Below, piece after piece: positions 36,954 through 50,859 of a stretch of DNA of 64,000 nt. Made by a program: the position numbers and the translations under genes. The DNA is from Pseudogymnoascus verrucosus (taxonomy: Eukaryota), in assembly GCA_001662655.1 (NCBI GenBank), contig KV460206.1; one strand, given 5' to 3'. Within the stretch, counting starts at the first letter, position 1; each line of letters opens with the position of its first letter. The notes beneath the pieces were generated by a model, which saw only the letters and a program-made list of their open reading frames with translations, was not told the origin of the DNA and ran no database searches.

Positions 36954-38942
36954 TCAGAGCATGCCTTCTTCGCCGATGCCGGGGAGGCCGGGGACGTTGA
37001 CGTTGATGCCGCCGTTCATGTTGCTGAGGCCTGCTGCTTGGAGGTGGCCGTTGAGCTTCATCTCGGGGTTGCAGGGCGGGGAGTGTTGTTTGTGGTATTT
37101 GAGACCGTTCAGGTTCTTGTATCGCTTGCCGCAGACGTCGCACTTGTAAGGCTTCTCCTTCTCCATGCCAAGAGTTCCAGGATAAGGAGCGGAGGTTTCG
37201 GGGTTGACGATGGAGAATGTTCCGTCGCCGTTCTCATGTAATTGTTGGGTTTGATGGCCGTGGGTCTTGTGGTATCTAAAATCATATTAATATCACATCA
37301 CGCATCGGGTGGGCACTTGAACTTACTTGAGACCGTTCTGGTTCTTGTACGCCTTCTCGCATCCAATAACAGGACAGCGGAAAGGCTTGTGCTCTTCTCC
37401 ACCCATCATCATCGCTGCCGAAGCATTTCCAAATCCTTGCATTTGCATCATCTGCTGCTGGCGGAGTCTCCGCACGAGGTCGTCGTTATTCGCAAACTGG
37501 CCGTTTCCGAGTCCGAACTGCGCAAACTGCTGCTGGAGAGCCTTCTGGTTGCCAAATCCGCCATTCGGGCTAAACAGCCTCTTCGCAGGCTCGTCGATGC
37601 AGAGCTCCAGGCCCAAGTCGTTACCGAACCCGTAAGGGAAGTTCATATTGTTCGTATTCATGTTCATGTTCCCGATGTTGTTCATGTCCATATTCATCGT
37701 GTTGAAGTCATCGTCCAGTTCTGCTGGGGTGCCTGGTATGGAAATGTCAGGAGAGAATTTGGGATTATTTTGCTGGGAAAGCTGTGCGTTCAGGGTTGGC
37801 GTGTTGACAGATGAGACTGTCGGGTTGTTCTGGAAACCAAAACCTGCGGCGGAGGGGGTGCTTGGCTGGGACGTACGAAGGCCTTGATGTAACATTCCAC
37901 CAGTATTGGTCATGTTATTCTGTCGTTGTTGCTGTCCAAACATCGACTGCGGTGCAACCGGCCGATTAACAGAACCATCCACTGGATCCATAGGGCCAAC
38001 CGGGTCGTCCATCTCCATGTCTTCCACTCCGTCCATATCATCTCCCCCAGAGGGCTGGGCGGATTTCTGTGTGGGCGTAGCAGGATTAGACTGTTGGCGA
38101 CGCATTTGCTGGATTCCACCGGTAAGTGTCGAGATTCCGCCGGCTGGCTTATTGGTATTGAATCCGCCATTCTGAGACCGTTGCTGCTGTTGCTGTCTCT
38201 GTTGCTGTGCTTGTTGCTGGACCGAGTTGGCCGCTTGTGAGGCGATGGCGGCTTTGCTGTTGGGTTGCTGCTGATCCCTCACTTGCTGCTGCTGCGCTGC
38301 AGTTCGCAGTGATTGTGGGGTCTGTTGGGCGTGACATTCTTCGTAATGTTGGAGGAGATCGTGGAGAGTTGGTAGTGTGTGGCCACAGCAGGAGAAATCG
38401 CGCATGAAATTCGCCTCGAGCTTTGGTAGGTATGATGACGAGTGATATGACGGTGACTGGTAAGGGAACGGCGAGGTGCCTGCCATGATAATACTGTGGA
38501 ATGTCAGAGTCGTCCCCGGCCGCGGCGCATGCATGATTGGTATCGGACGAAAGGTGAGACACGGACTCGGTGATAAAGAGCCATTATAACATTTTGTCTC
38601 AAGAAAGAAGGGGTAAACTCACTCATCACGAATCCAAGATCCCACGGAGACGCCACCCCAGCTCATGCCGCCAACAAGGCTGCCTGCCAGACTCTCTCGT
38701 CGGGGTCGTGGGTCGAGGTTTCTTGGGTTGTTCATGGAAATGGGTTTCGCGGAGACGAAAGACTCCTGGCGAGGGCGACCGCCATTCTGATCGTATGCTG
38801 AGGCGCTCATGATTGCTGATGTTCTCGAGTCGTCGACGCCGGTGTTAAATCTTGCAGTCCCAGACTTGGTGCCTTGGGATGATGGTGACGATGAGGCGTT
38901 TCGTGATGGTGTGGCAATATCGATAGGTGATGTTGTCGTCAT
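36954..38942 (-). CDS. sfp1: Split zinc-finger C2H2 transcription factor Sfp1; introns 38494..38622 and 37276..37326
   Basis: [114 protein letters not shown]-rich middle region. Confidence 0.93.
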
Positions 38943-39159
38943 CGTCAGTAGTGCGAAGAACGGGGCTCACGGCGATTCAAAACAGATTCGGGTGAAGATA
39001 GAATATATCTACTTCGTCGTCGCCAGAGTAGAGGTGAGGTGAGGTTGGAAAGATAATAAATTCGACAGCGACCGGCAGCAACACTTTTGTTGGAAACCCA
39101 CCAGGTGCATTCGACTATGCAATCTGGATAAACAAGTCGGAGCGGGCAGGGTGGTACTT

Positions 39160-40130
39160 TAGTGGTTATAGGATTAAGTACACAGGCGCAGAGTAGTTAG
39201 TTAGTAGTAGGTAGGAGGCGGATGGTGGGTGTGGGCTTTTTGGGTTGGGTAGAGTAGTAGTAGAGTAGAGTAGAGTACAGTACGGTACAGCGGCGGGCCA
39301 TGGGATGAAACAGCCGTAGAGCGAGCGACCAAGTCAGTTCTAGTCGTAGTCCCAAAGTAGGCTCAAAGTAGTGGCAAGTAGTGGCAAGTAGACCCAAGAG
39401 AATTAGTCGAGTATTAGTTTTAGTAGTTTGGAGTATACATTTTAGTAGTTTTAGTAGGTCTGAGTTAGGAGTTATACGGTTAGTCGAGTATAGTTCTAGT
39501 ATAGTTCTAGTATAGTTCGAGCAGAGTAGTGTATAGTTGAGGATAGTCGAGTATAGTCGAGTATTCTTAGTCGAGTATACTAATAGCTTTATTTTACTAA
39601 CTACTCTACCTATTTACTCACCTACTTAGTCACCTACTTAGTCACAGTTCTCTAGTACTACAGAGTATGCAAATCAGTCCCAAGAAGAATCCCAAGTCGA
39701 CGTTTACCACCATCGTCTTCCAGCATCGTTTACCAGCATCCCGTAAGCACCTCTTGTGTTAGCTGACTTAGCGTTAGAGTTACCCTCCAAGTTAGAGCCA
39801 GTTAACTGGTTTCCCGGCCTTTGCATTTGGTACTTAAGGGAACTAATTACGACCGTACCACTCCTAGTACCAGTACAACCACTTAACTCCTTGTGAGAAG
39901 AGCTTGGCTTTCTTGGACGGAGTATTCTCCGTAGACCGAAAGAGTGGCAGAGTACAGCACAGTATAGCACTATAGTAGAGTAGGGGATAGTTACCGTAGA
40001 CCAGAGGAGACCAGAGGAGAGTGGGCCACTCCCTACTGGACTCCTGGATGTAGAGTAAAGGCATCTCCACTCTCCACTGCACTGGTCCTCACTCTAGTCC
40101 GCTAGTAATAGTACTTACTGTACGTGTTGG
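39160..40130. other. TpA-rich, RIP-like low-complexity tract with short tandem repeats upstream of sfp1
   Basis: AGTATAGTTCT and AGTATAGTCG repeats (39480-39580), (CACCTACTTAGT)x2, (AGTAG)n; abundant TAG/CTA. Confidence 0.55.
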
Positions 40131-40207
40131 GTACTGCATGCACATGCAGACGGATGTGTGGTACAGACTGCACATGTACTTTCTCTGTATGATGGATATG
40201 CTGGCTC

Positions 40208-40249
40208 CTGGATGCTGGATGCTGGATGCTGGATGCTGGATGCTGGATA
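40208..40249 (+). repeat. (CTGGATG)x5-6 tandem heptamer
   Basis: Five exact copies plus CTGGATA. Confidence 0.95.
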
Positions 40250-42204
40250 GATTGACGGTGGATGGACACTGTGGATTTCTGGGCGCTGGATGCTGGGTGG
40301 TGGACTGCACTACAAGGTAAATAGTCCGTGGTACAGTTCCTGGTTAACGGCAGGTCCTGGTCGATTCCTTCTCCTCTCATGTCAAACGCGCATCTATAAT
40401 AAGCCCGTGCAATTATGTATGTATGACTCCCTTCGGCTGCGTCTGCACAACCAACACCACACAACAGCTTCTGGGGTCCCCGGACGAATCCCATGTTGCC
40501 GCGGCTTGAAGTCCGATTCGGCCCTGTTGCTTCTGTCACTTCTGTCACCGCTGTCGCCAGCGAGTGACGTTCACTTGAGCTCAGACATTGACTTTGAATG
40601 ACCCCTGGTGGCGATGACCTCAGATATCGAAGTTGACCATCCCTCAGTGACGGCAGAACTCGATATGCCGTGTTGAGCAGCCAAGTGTTTGCCCCTTACA
40701 ACCGCTTGTCCCGGAGTGTCTTACCGAAGTTAAGAGCCCAATCATGGCTCCAAGTCCTAGTTCCACGGGTAACCCAAAGTTCCACAAGGCTACTAGAGGT
40801 GTAGTAGACACAAGAAAGCCGAGTCATGGCCCATGCCGACGGCGGTACCATACATTCAGTAAAGTTAGTTAGTGAACAGAGCCATGAATTGGTTGAGTTT
40901 CTTTTGAGCCTAGACCAAAGGTTGCGCGTCTCCTCAAAACAATGGATGATATGCGCCGTATACAGCTTCTTCCACCACCACATGAAGATATTGAGGAAGT
41001 GGACACTTGATCTCCCAAGACTCCGTGAAATTGGTCGTAAGCTATGATGCACGGCAATGACAATAAAACACGCGAACGGGAGCTAGATCAACCTGAGCTA
41101 GAGCATATGCGTCTAGTTGCTTTCTGTGATTTGAAAGTTGAGGAATTATTCCGGCCGCTCATTTCTCATGAGACAAACTATGTTGACGGCCAAGAGTCAG
41201 ACCGCAACATCTGACATTCTGTGTCAGCTGATACTCTAGCTTGACACGCGTGCTCCCCTTCTTTGGAACCCAACAACGATATATCTCGTGACATAAGGTA
41301 AAGGGATGAAGAGAAACGTCAACGCTAGAGCGGTCTGAAGATCCCCAAGATTCAGGAGACCCCACATATCCTGGACCCTCAAAATTTCACCTGGGACGAC
41401 GTTCAACATTTTAACGGGGCCTGGATTCGAGGTTGGCATCATAGATCTGGCGATCTTGAGGTCCCATCCCGAAGCCTTTCTTCCGCATGTACGCACAGAC
41501 GATTGTTTTCTTCTGTATTTCCATCAGATAACGCTTCAAAGGCCATCGTTGAGCTTAATTCCACAGCTTCAGGAAGATACCCATTTTTATATCACTGCAG
41601 CTTGATCTTGTGTCCAGAACTCTATACGAGTGTGCATGTTCGTAACATTACTGTTTCTTTCCGAGGCCCAGCCTATATTCTTATATTGTAGTCGTGTCTG
41701 GAATCCGTACCTTAAGAGCAGTTAATCCAGCTCTATACCAGCCCATTCCTTCGCTCACAGACAAACAGGTTCCCTATCAGCTGGCTCTTGGAACTCTTTA
41801 ACATCATAGGAAGTACGATGGATGAAATACAGCCACATCGAAAATAATTAAATAAGCCAATGAAATATGATTTCTGGAAGTTGTTGCCGGCCACATCTGC
41901 CTTCGGATTACCTAACCGGTGGCTTCGGTGGAACGGGAGGTGTCCGTGCCCGCTAAACCTATTTAGTAGATATGAATTCTTACGTCACACTACAGTCAAC
42001 ACCTTTATTCATCAACATCCAGTCTTTTTTCCAGCATCTCCGCCAGAACTCCGACAAATAAATACCAGCTTCCCCCCCACTGCCCAGCAAATCCCAAGAC
42101 AACTCATCAATCTGGGCAATAACAAACAAACATCAACGTTCTAGGGCGACATTCCCCATCCACCAATCGAACACCGATAAGATAATCACCACCACACATC
42201 AACC

Positions 42205-43004
42205 ATGAAGGTCCTCACCAAAGAACAGGAGGAGGCTCACTACAGAGTCACCCTCAAAGGTGGCATGAAAGGTCTCGCCCTTGGCACAGCAGTTGGCCTC
42301 ACCGGCCTCGGTCTCGCAAGCCGCCGCTATGCCATCATCCGCGGCCTCACCCTCCCAATGAAGTCCTTCCTCGTCACCTCGTCCTCGACCTTCTGCGCCA
42401 TTATCGCCGCGGACCGCGCCTCGCGCGGATACGAATTCGAGAGCATGCCGAAGAACCTGTACAAGGACCAGGCGTCGCGTGACATGGCGATTGCACGGGA
42501 GAACGACAGCACCTTCGACAAGTTCAAGCAGTGGGGTCGTGACAACAGATACCCCATTGTGACAGCGTCATGGATTGCCAGTATGGGTGTTGCTCTGCAG
42601 TTGGTGCGCAACAACCCGTATCTGTCGAAGGCCCAGAAATTGGTCCAGGCGAGAGTTTACGCTCAGGGTCTGACCCTGGCTGTGCTGGTCGTGACCGCCC
42701 TCTTTGAGGTGGGAGACGCGAATAAGGGCAGGGGCAGATGGGAGACGGTTATGGTCCTTGACCCCAATGACCCTGAGCACAAGCACATGATCGAGAAGAA
42801 GATTCACCACGAGATGTACCCTGGAGAGGATTTGTGGAAAGGTAAGCTAATCCTACTATGCCGGAGCGGCGGATTCGTGTGTTTGAACCAAGCTGACAAG
42901 CTATAGATATGGTCGAGGCTGAGGAGCAGAAGATCGCAGCCCGCAAACTACAAGATGGAGCGGCAGCGGCAGCGGCAACCAAGCAGGCTTCCACTAAGAA
43001 CTAA
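42205..43004 (+). CDS. rcf2: Respiratory supercomplex factor 2 (HIG1 domain), intron 42842..42906
   Basis: MKVLTKEQEEAHY.., NRYPIVTASWIASMG, LSKAQKLVQARVYAQGLTLAVL, EDLWK|DMVEAEEQK. Confidence 0.9.
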
Positions 43005-44054
43005 AGATATCGAAGTTGGAATATACGGAAAATACGGGAAACCCACGGCGATACCGCATATCTTCCTTTCAAGCGTGAACATTTTAACGAACACGAAGGC
43101 GTTGGGAATCGGGGCAGGGACGTCTGGAATGTAAATAGGGCAGCATCTTCTCTCTTTGGAGCATTTTCGGTTGGAGCAATTTTGTGCTCAAGCATTGTTA
43201 AATCTGTACTACTACTCTCGCGCCGGCATATGGGCAAAGGCGGCGATTGATACTCTCGCGAAACGCGATGAGACTGGGCTTTTATCAGTGGATAGATTAA
43301 TTCGTTCATTTATTCAAAGACACCTTTTCCTCTCTTACTGTCCATAAATGCTCCCCCGCCATCCGTGCCACTCCAATTCCACCTCAAATGCTAAATGACC
43401 CCCATACCCAAGAAATCTTCGCCCCAAGTAAACCTTCACCGGTTCAGCCTCACCTCGCCTCATCATAAAAATTCAATCCCCAAATGATAAACAAAAGCTG
43501 CAAATCCCGAATCGCAGCATGATGATGCTCTGACGCATCGCATGTCTATCAGTAATCATGCACCCCACAAAACCCCGTTCCACCGAGCGGCTCAGTGCCT
43601 TCATCCGGGACCTCCCGAGTCGCCAAGCGCAAAGACTTTCACACCAACCGGGTGCGAATACGAGTACTCCCAGGCATCCGGCCGTTCCCGCCATGGCTTG
43701 CTTACAACGCAACGGGCTCTCCTTACGAACACCAGTTCTGGGCCAGGCTTGGAAAAAAGCTCCAGACCGTCTTATGGAGGGGTAGCATTATATTCAGTGG
43801 CACGTGCCAGCCGCGTGAGGAAAAACCATGAGAGGAGGGGTTGACGGTGGCTGATCGTCGTCGTCATAAACCCCGCCGGCGCCCGATGCGAAACTTAGAA
43901 ACATGTGGTGAAATATATCTTCAGATTACCACCATCATTATACGTAAAATGCTCCATCCAGTCAACCTCCAAGATAGCCTCCCTCATAAGTCATATCCCC
44001 AACGCCCGCTCTCCCGCTGCGCTCGACCCCACCCCGACCCGCCGCCACGGCATC

Positions 44055-45641
44055 CTAGACATCAATAGTATAATGCGAGATCTGAGAGTAATAAGCATGC
44101 ACCGCCAGCTCGAGGATATACACATCCTCGAACACCGTTACGCCGTCAAAGCCACCGATCACAAAAAGCCGACTATCATGTAGCACGGTGCCGTGGTATC
44201 CGCGCCCGCTCGGCGGCTCCCCGTAGATGATGCGCTTGTCCCACTGCATGTTGACGAGGTTGAGCAGCATGACCTCGTTGCTATATTCAACGCCGTCGTG
44301 GCCGCCAATGACGAAGAGGTAGGAGCCGACGATCGTGGCGGTGTGGGAGAGGCGCGGGTACGACACAGGGATGTTGACGGGCTTCCAGTAGAGCGTGTCC
44401 ACGTCGAAAACCCAGACGTCGCGGAAGCACTCACCACCGTCGGAGCCGCCGAAGATGATTAGTTTCGCGCCGACCATGTTGGCGGTGTGGTAGCCGCGCG
44501 CTTTGGGCTTGATGTCACGGTCGGCGCGGAATTTGAGGTCGTGTCGGTCGCCGGTTGGGGAAGAGGATGTGCTGCTTGAGGGCGCGGAGATGAGCTTCCA
44601 TGACATTTTGGTCACGTCCGATACGTCTAGGCGCCACACGTCGTTCAGGGCGCGCACGCCATCGCCGCCCCCAAAGACGTAGATTCCGTTGCGGTAGAGA
44701 CACGCAGTGTGTGCTCTCCGCTTGCTAGGAGGGGTTCCGCTAATGACCGGCTTCGACCAGCGGAAGTTGACGGTATCTAGGACATAGACGTCGTTGTAGT
44801 ATATGGGCCCGTCGCCTCCTCCGAAGACCACGAGTTTCTTGCCCACGGCGGTGCATGTCATGGCACGCAGGGGTACTGGGATATCGCCTGTGACAAGGGG
44901 CGAGGACCAGTAGAAGGCGTCCGCGTCAAAGACGTAGACTTCGTCGAAGCAAGACCGTGAGTCGCAGCCGCCGAAAATGTAGATATTAGAACCTATGGCG
45001 GTTGTCGTATGTGCGCGGAGTGCGGTGTGAGGGGCGCCAGAGGTGGGAGCGCGGGACCAGTACATGCCAGATGCTGGTGCGGGTAACACATCATGCTCTT
45101 CCTTCGTATCCGGCGGAGGAGGAAAGTATGCGTGCTTCCCAGTCTTCTTAGACTGAGACGGTGGTTTGGGGGTGGTGACTGGTGTGGTTGAGCTGCTTGT
45201 TGGCTTTCCCGCAATAGCAGACGTGGACCGCAACACCAACGGCCGACGTTCGCTGACAACCAAGCCGGCTGCAACTGCTGGGGATCCTTCCCGGACAATC
45301 GGACTTATAACAGGCCCGTTGCTCTCATGGATTGAGGCAGGGAGCTTGGGCACTGAGGCACCGGCTACGGGGCTTCTTGTGGATGCTTGTGATTGAGATT
45401 GTGAGCGAGAGCGGGGGTCTTTGCTGCTGCTTCCTTTCCGCTTGTCGGTACTTTTGGTTGATAGATGGCCAGGAGTATGGCTGCGTGAGGGGCCCTTGGC
45501 CTGAACTGGTTCTGAGTCTTCTGGGATATCGTCTGACCGAGTGTCCGTCGGAGATGGCTGCATGATCTTCTGGGATCGTATGAACTTCGTCTTGAGCGGT
45601 GATCGCGTCTTGTCCAGGGACTTTCGCTGGTCAGCCATCAT
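44055..45641 (-). CDS. Kelch-repeat (6-blade) protein with a disordered N-terminus
   Basis: Six repeats of the RAHT..IYIFGG / RAMT..LVVFGGG / RGYHT..LIIFGGSDG type; first ATG is MMADQRK at 45641. Confidence 0.85.
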   Translation of the reverse strand: MMADQRKSLDKTRSPLKTKFIRSQKIMQPSPTDTRSDDIPEDSEPVQAKGPSRSHTPGHLSTKSTDKRKGSSSKDPRSRSQSQSQASTRSPVAGASVPKLPASIHESNGPVISPIVREGSPAVAAGLVVSERRPLVLRSTSAIAGKPTSSSTTPVTTPKPPSQSKKTGKHAYFPPPPDTKEEHDVLPAPASGMYWSRAPTSGAPHTALRAHTTTAIGSNIYIFGGCDSRSCFDEVYVFDADAFYWSSPLVTGDIPVPLRAMTCTAVGKKLVVFGGGDGPIYYNDVYVLDTVNFRWSKPVISGTPPSKRRAHTACLYRNGIYVFGGGDGVRALNDVWRLDVSDVTKMSWKLISAPSSSTSSSPTGDRHDLKFRADRDIKPKARGYHTANMVGAKLIIFGGSDGGECFRDVWVFDVDTLYWKPVNIPVSYPRLSHTATIVGSYLFVIGGHDGVEYSNEVMLLNLVNMQWDKRIIYGEPPSGRGYHGTVLHDSRLFVIGGFDGVTVFEDVYILELAVHAYYSQISHYTIDV

Positions 45642-46188
45642 TTCTCCCAACCCTATAATCCCCCCCTCGCATTGTCCTCTGTTGAAAGTTGCCGTTCGTT
45701 TCGTCAAGAGGCTCTCATATGAAATTGTGAAGGAGGCTGTTAATATCCAAGTCGGTTCCCAAGGGATAGGCGCGTAAGATTGGGTTGGGGGTAGGTACCC
45801 CTGTCCATAAGCCAAATGCTAGTCGCAATATAGGAAATACGTCAATGCTAATGCGCCTGGCGCTGGAGGAACCTCGATATTAGTAAATAATCATTCCGGA
45901 AGGCTAAATATCATAAAAAAAACCGAGATAATATATGTCACTACTAACAAGTTTCTATAAACCAGCAAAAGGAATTTATGGGAAAAGGAAACAGGAACAT
46001 TAATTACATGAAAGCCAATGAGAGGAGGGGTCCTTTCAGCCTTGCGCTAAGATAACACTCCATGTACGAATCAATCCACTGAAAAATATTGACCATGACA
46101 ATAATTGAACAAACACAACTTCCTTCTTCAACCAACGCACTCGAAAAGTCTTGCGCTCTAGCTTGACTTGTACAGCCAGTGCAGAAAG

Positions 46189-48534
46189 ATGGGTGATACA
46201 GGGATTCCATTGGCCTCAGTGCCCTCAAAAAGGCCATTGGACGAGGTCGCAGTTGCAGAACAGGTACCAGCCGACGCCACTGGAGGCACGGCTGAGACCG
46301 TTCCAAGCAATGGCCTCGGCGGCGCACACAATGGCGAAGAAGCTTTGGAATCTGCTGCCAAGAGACCGAAGCTTGAGGGGGACGTATCATCTACGCCCGT
46401 CAAATCGGATTCTAGAGACGGTGGCCGGGGGGTCGCTATGATCAAGGCAGAGTAAGTGGCAACCACCTCAATTTTGATCCTACATGCGCCTACACTGCCC
46501 AGATACTAACCTAGACTTTAGATATCTCATACATAGACCTGCAAAGGAAGCGACCGCATTAGAGCCAGCCGCTGCCCAGGACGACGAAGCTGAAGGCAAA
46601 AAATACGCAGTGGATGATCGGGATAATAGAGATGGCGGCGACAAGAAGAAAAAGAAGGAGAGGGGCCAGAATACTTCCCGCAACTTTGGGTCGTCAAACG
46701 ATTTCATCAAGCTGTGCAATAGCGTCGCCAATTCGTCCGAGTTCTCGCCAAAGACATGCTCGTTTGGAGAGAGATGCAACCTTAGCCACGACCTCCGCAA
46801 ATACCTGAAAGAAGGCAAACGGGAAGACCTTACTACATTTGATGGAAAGTGCCCGGTATGGGAGGTTAATGGCAGGTGCTATGCCGGCTGGAAATGTCGG
46901 TTTGTCTCGAGCCATATGGAGGAGATTGAAAGAGAAGATGGCAGAAAAGAGCTTGTTCTCACAATCGACCCAGTCAGAGCAACCGCCGCTGAGCTTGAAG
47001 ACGAGGAAAACAGGGCTGGAGTGGCCAACATTGTGTCAACCGCAGATAAACTTGACCTGGCTAGGAGGAGATTCAAGACCGTAAGGTCTGATCAATATAA
47101 TGCATGGCTCGAGAAAGAGACGAAGGCGTCGGAGATCTTTCACAACCAAAAGAAGGGGGAAACTGAGGACCACCGCGCCCAGTTTGTAGATCCGCCATTC
47201 CGCGCATCTGAGAAGCGTCGGCTCTACTACGGCCCTGAGACACCAGTTTTGGCTCCATTAACAACACAAGGCAACCTGCCATTCAGACGCTTATGTGTTG
47301 AACTAGGGGCCGAAATCACGTATTCCGAGATGGCAATGTCCGAGTCGATCATCAAGGGTGGAAAGGGAGAATGGGCTTTAATGAAGGCTCACGAGTCCGA
47401 GCTCACACCTCCGAAGTACACGCCTACATCAACTGTTCAAAATTATGATAACGTTAAGGATCTGAAATTCGGTGTCCAGATTTCGTCGAGTAAGCCGTGG
47501 ATGGCTTTCAAGGCGACGGAGGCACTGGTGACCCTTGTTCCCAACCTTCGCAGCATAGATCTCAACTGCGGTTGCCCTATCGAGCTCGTATACAAGACTG
47601 GTGCTGGTTCAGGACTCCTTGACGCTCCATCAAAGCTCGAGAAAATGATCCGCGGTATGAATGCTGTCTCTTTGGATATCCCTATTACAGCTAAGATCCG
47701 CATGGGCACTCGTGACAACAAACCCACGGCCACTAAGACCATTGAGCGTCTTGCTTTCGGTGGTTTGGAGTCGCGCGATCGTCTGGGTCCTCCTGGCTGT
47801 GCTGCAATAACTCTGCATGGACGCAGTAGGCAGCAGAGGTATACAAAGAGCGCTGATTGGAGCTATATCGCCGAGTGTGCCGCTCAGATAAAGAGCTACC
47901 ACAAGAAGAAGGACGAGTTAACCGATACGATTAACGAGCCCGATGCGAGAGACCTGCCGAATGGGGAGAAGCTGTACTTCATCGGCAACGGTGATTGTTA
48001 CTCGCATGTTGATTACTTCGACCATGTCCAAAACGGTGGCGTGGACTCCGTCATGCTTGCACGTGGAGCACTCATCAAGCCTTGGTTGTTTGAAGAGATC
48101 CAAGCGGGACAGTATATCGATAAGTCGTCTACTGAGCGTCTTGCGTATATTGAGAAATTCGCGAGATATGGACTCGACGCCTGGGGCAGTGACGAGATGG
48201 GTGTGGGCCAGACTAGACGATTCTTGCTGGAGTGGCTCAGCTTTGCCCATAGATATGTGCCAGTTGGCATTCTGGAGCATCTGCCGCCCAGCCTGCAGGA
48301 TAGGCCGCCGGCATATAGGTCGAGAGATGACATGGAGGGCCTGCTGGCGAGTGCTAATTATAAGGACTGGATCAAGATCAGGTATGTTATTCTCGCAAGC
48401 TAAAACTTTAACTATAGGGAATTGGTCGCTAACCATGCAATAGTGAGATGTTTTTGGGCCCAGCGCATAAAGATTTCCAGTTCCAGCCGAAGCATAAGTC
48501 AAACAGCTATGATGGTATCGAAGCTGAGGGTTAA
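46189..48534 (+). CDS. dus3: tRNA-dihydrouridine(47) synthase; introns 46452..46521, 48382..48443
   Basis: [15 protein letters not shown]-like fingers ([24 protein letters not shown]); [64 protein letters not shown]. Confidence 0.95.
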
Positions 48535-48707
48535 TGGATGGGTGCAGACAGAGCCTAGCGGAAGGACTAGAGATGCATATATTGTAGAGTATATAGAACA
48601 ATACCATCGCATCATAAGCATATCATTACTACAGTACCACATATTCCTTGACGAGCTTAAGCAAAGTTCCCAACAATCATTCCCACGTATGAAACTAACA
48701 GCAATAT

Positions 48708-50410
48708 TCACTTCAACACCACCTCCCTCTTCCACCACTCCGGGAAATCCAGCACAACCTTCTTCCTCCTCGCCTCCTCCGCCGCAAACACCATAGCATG
48801 ACTCGTAACAACCTCCTCAATCGAACACCCCAACTCCTCCCTCTGCGCCGTCACCAAATCATCCCCCCTCTTCACCCTGTCAATCGCCAACACAAACTGC
48901 CTCGCCAGCCCCGCATCCCCCCCTCCATGCCCACCGCCCGCCAAATGCGGATAAAACTTCTTACTCTCAAACGCTGCCTCCTTCCTCGCATCGAGTGGGC
49001 GCGTCGGCTTCGTGAAATCAGTGACGGTGATGCAATCGCTGTCTGCGTAGATCTCGCCCGTCGTGCCGTAGATGTGTGTGTACCGCTCGCAGATCTTGGC
49101 CGTGAAAGCTACCATGTGGAATTGTGCGATCTTTGGGCCGCGGCCGTCGCTGGGGCTGGCGGCGTCATCGTTGTCCCATGTCATGGTGACGACTTGGTCG
49201 TCGCAGACGTCGTTGTCGGATTCCCAGACGCAGCGACCGAACCAGTTTTTCTTGCTAATCTCGTCTGCTGGGGTGTCGGCGTTGTAGTCGGCGGATAGCT
49301 CTTTTAGTATTGCTGCTTCGCCGGCCGCTTGGCCACCGGTGGTGAGGTAGTCTTCAATGTCGGGGACGACGATTTTTACAGGCCATCCGGTGTTGCCGCT
49401 TCCGAGGCCACGGAGGTCATTGCCGGTGTAAATCTTTTTGGCTGAGAACATACAGTCGGGCTCATGTGGGCATGAGAGGCAGTTTGTAGCTGACCCTGCT
49501 GCGGCTGGTTTGCGGTGCTTGTTGAAGAATTGGCGGGCTCCTGACGAGGTTATGCTGCTTGGCAGGTGTCGTGGGAGGGGCGAGTTGGGTGGTGGAGAAG
49601 AGAGGAGCCAGAGGAGGACGTCTATATCGTGACAAGACTTGGTGAGGAGTGAAGGGGCTGATGTGGATTCTTTGCGCCAGTTGCCCCTGAATTTGATGTT
49701 AAATTCCTGCCCATGTGATTGCATACTGGATAGCTCGTGGCTTACCTAACATAACTGTGAGCGAAGTGCCACCAACCGACTGGTTCTGTATGGTTGACGG
49801 AGAGAACGTCTCCAATGATTTTGTCCTCTAAGAGTAGCTTTCTCAGAAGCATGTTATGGGGACTGTACCGAAGGACATGGCCAATAGAGAAGAGCATCTC
49901 GGGGGGCTTAGATGGATCAGAAGGCAGCAATGATTTGTATATATCAATACAATCATTCAAAGTCGTTGCCAGTGGCTTCTCGCACATGATATGGATGTTC
50001 AACTTCTCCAGTCCGAGAATAACGGATTTATGGAGTTCGTCCTGAACGCATATAAAGGCTCCATCCACACCTTCTGGGACCTCCTCCCCCGCCGCTTGCT
50101 TTGCCCTTCTAGCCTCTTCCCATACCACGAAGTCTTGCCAGTCCTCGAATTCTTGTCCATCGGCAGGTTTTCCATCATCTCCCCATATGTAGGCTCGGCC
50201 AAGAGCTTGCCTCTTATATGCAATCGGTTCAACCACAGCAGCACATATCCCATTCGTAGCTTCGCCTAATGCTTGTGCATATGCGTTTCCCCTCGACCCC
50301 GCGCCGATGATAACCAACCGTGGAGGAGACACTGACATCTGGGGCTTCTCTGGAGCAGGGAGCCGAACGATATTTTCTTCATTCTCAACTTCCGAGTGAG
50401 TTGCCATCAT
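48708..50410 (-). CDS. Gfo/Idh/MocA family NAD(P)-dependent oxidoreductase (StrI-like), intron 49687..49745
   Basis: IIGAGSRGNAYA Rossmann motif, HIMCEKPLAT, IGHVLRYSPHN, EPVGWWHFAHSYVR|GNWR..LLTKSCHDID, GGHGGGD. Confidence 0.9.
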
Positions 50411-50859
50411 GAATATGGATTGATATCAGAAAGGAGAAATGCCGGTAAATGTGAGAAACGAAATAACAAATAATCGCTGCAATCCAGTTGGGGTATTTCT
50501 TGATATATAACGCTGTAGCCTAGTCTGAAGGCAATCACATATGGGTCAAGTCAATGAGGCGTAAATCGATATGGAACGTTGTAAGCAAATATTAGTTCAC
50601 AACACATTCGGTTAGTTACATAAACATCTTCACAGAGTAGTATCGGCACTAAATTTCTAGTTCCCTTGACTTGAGGTTGATCGCTTCGACCCCGACGACC
50701 CCGCAAGTTGCTGCACCTTGACCCAAAACGGGTTGATAAAACCAATCTACACGTGATTTGAGATATTATATTTCGCCCAAAGATAAATAAGACATTCGAT
50801 GTCAACTTAAGACGCCAACCTTATTATACACATCAAACTTGAGTTTGCCAATATCAGCC

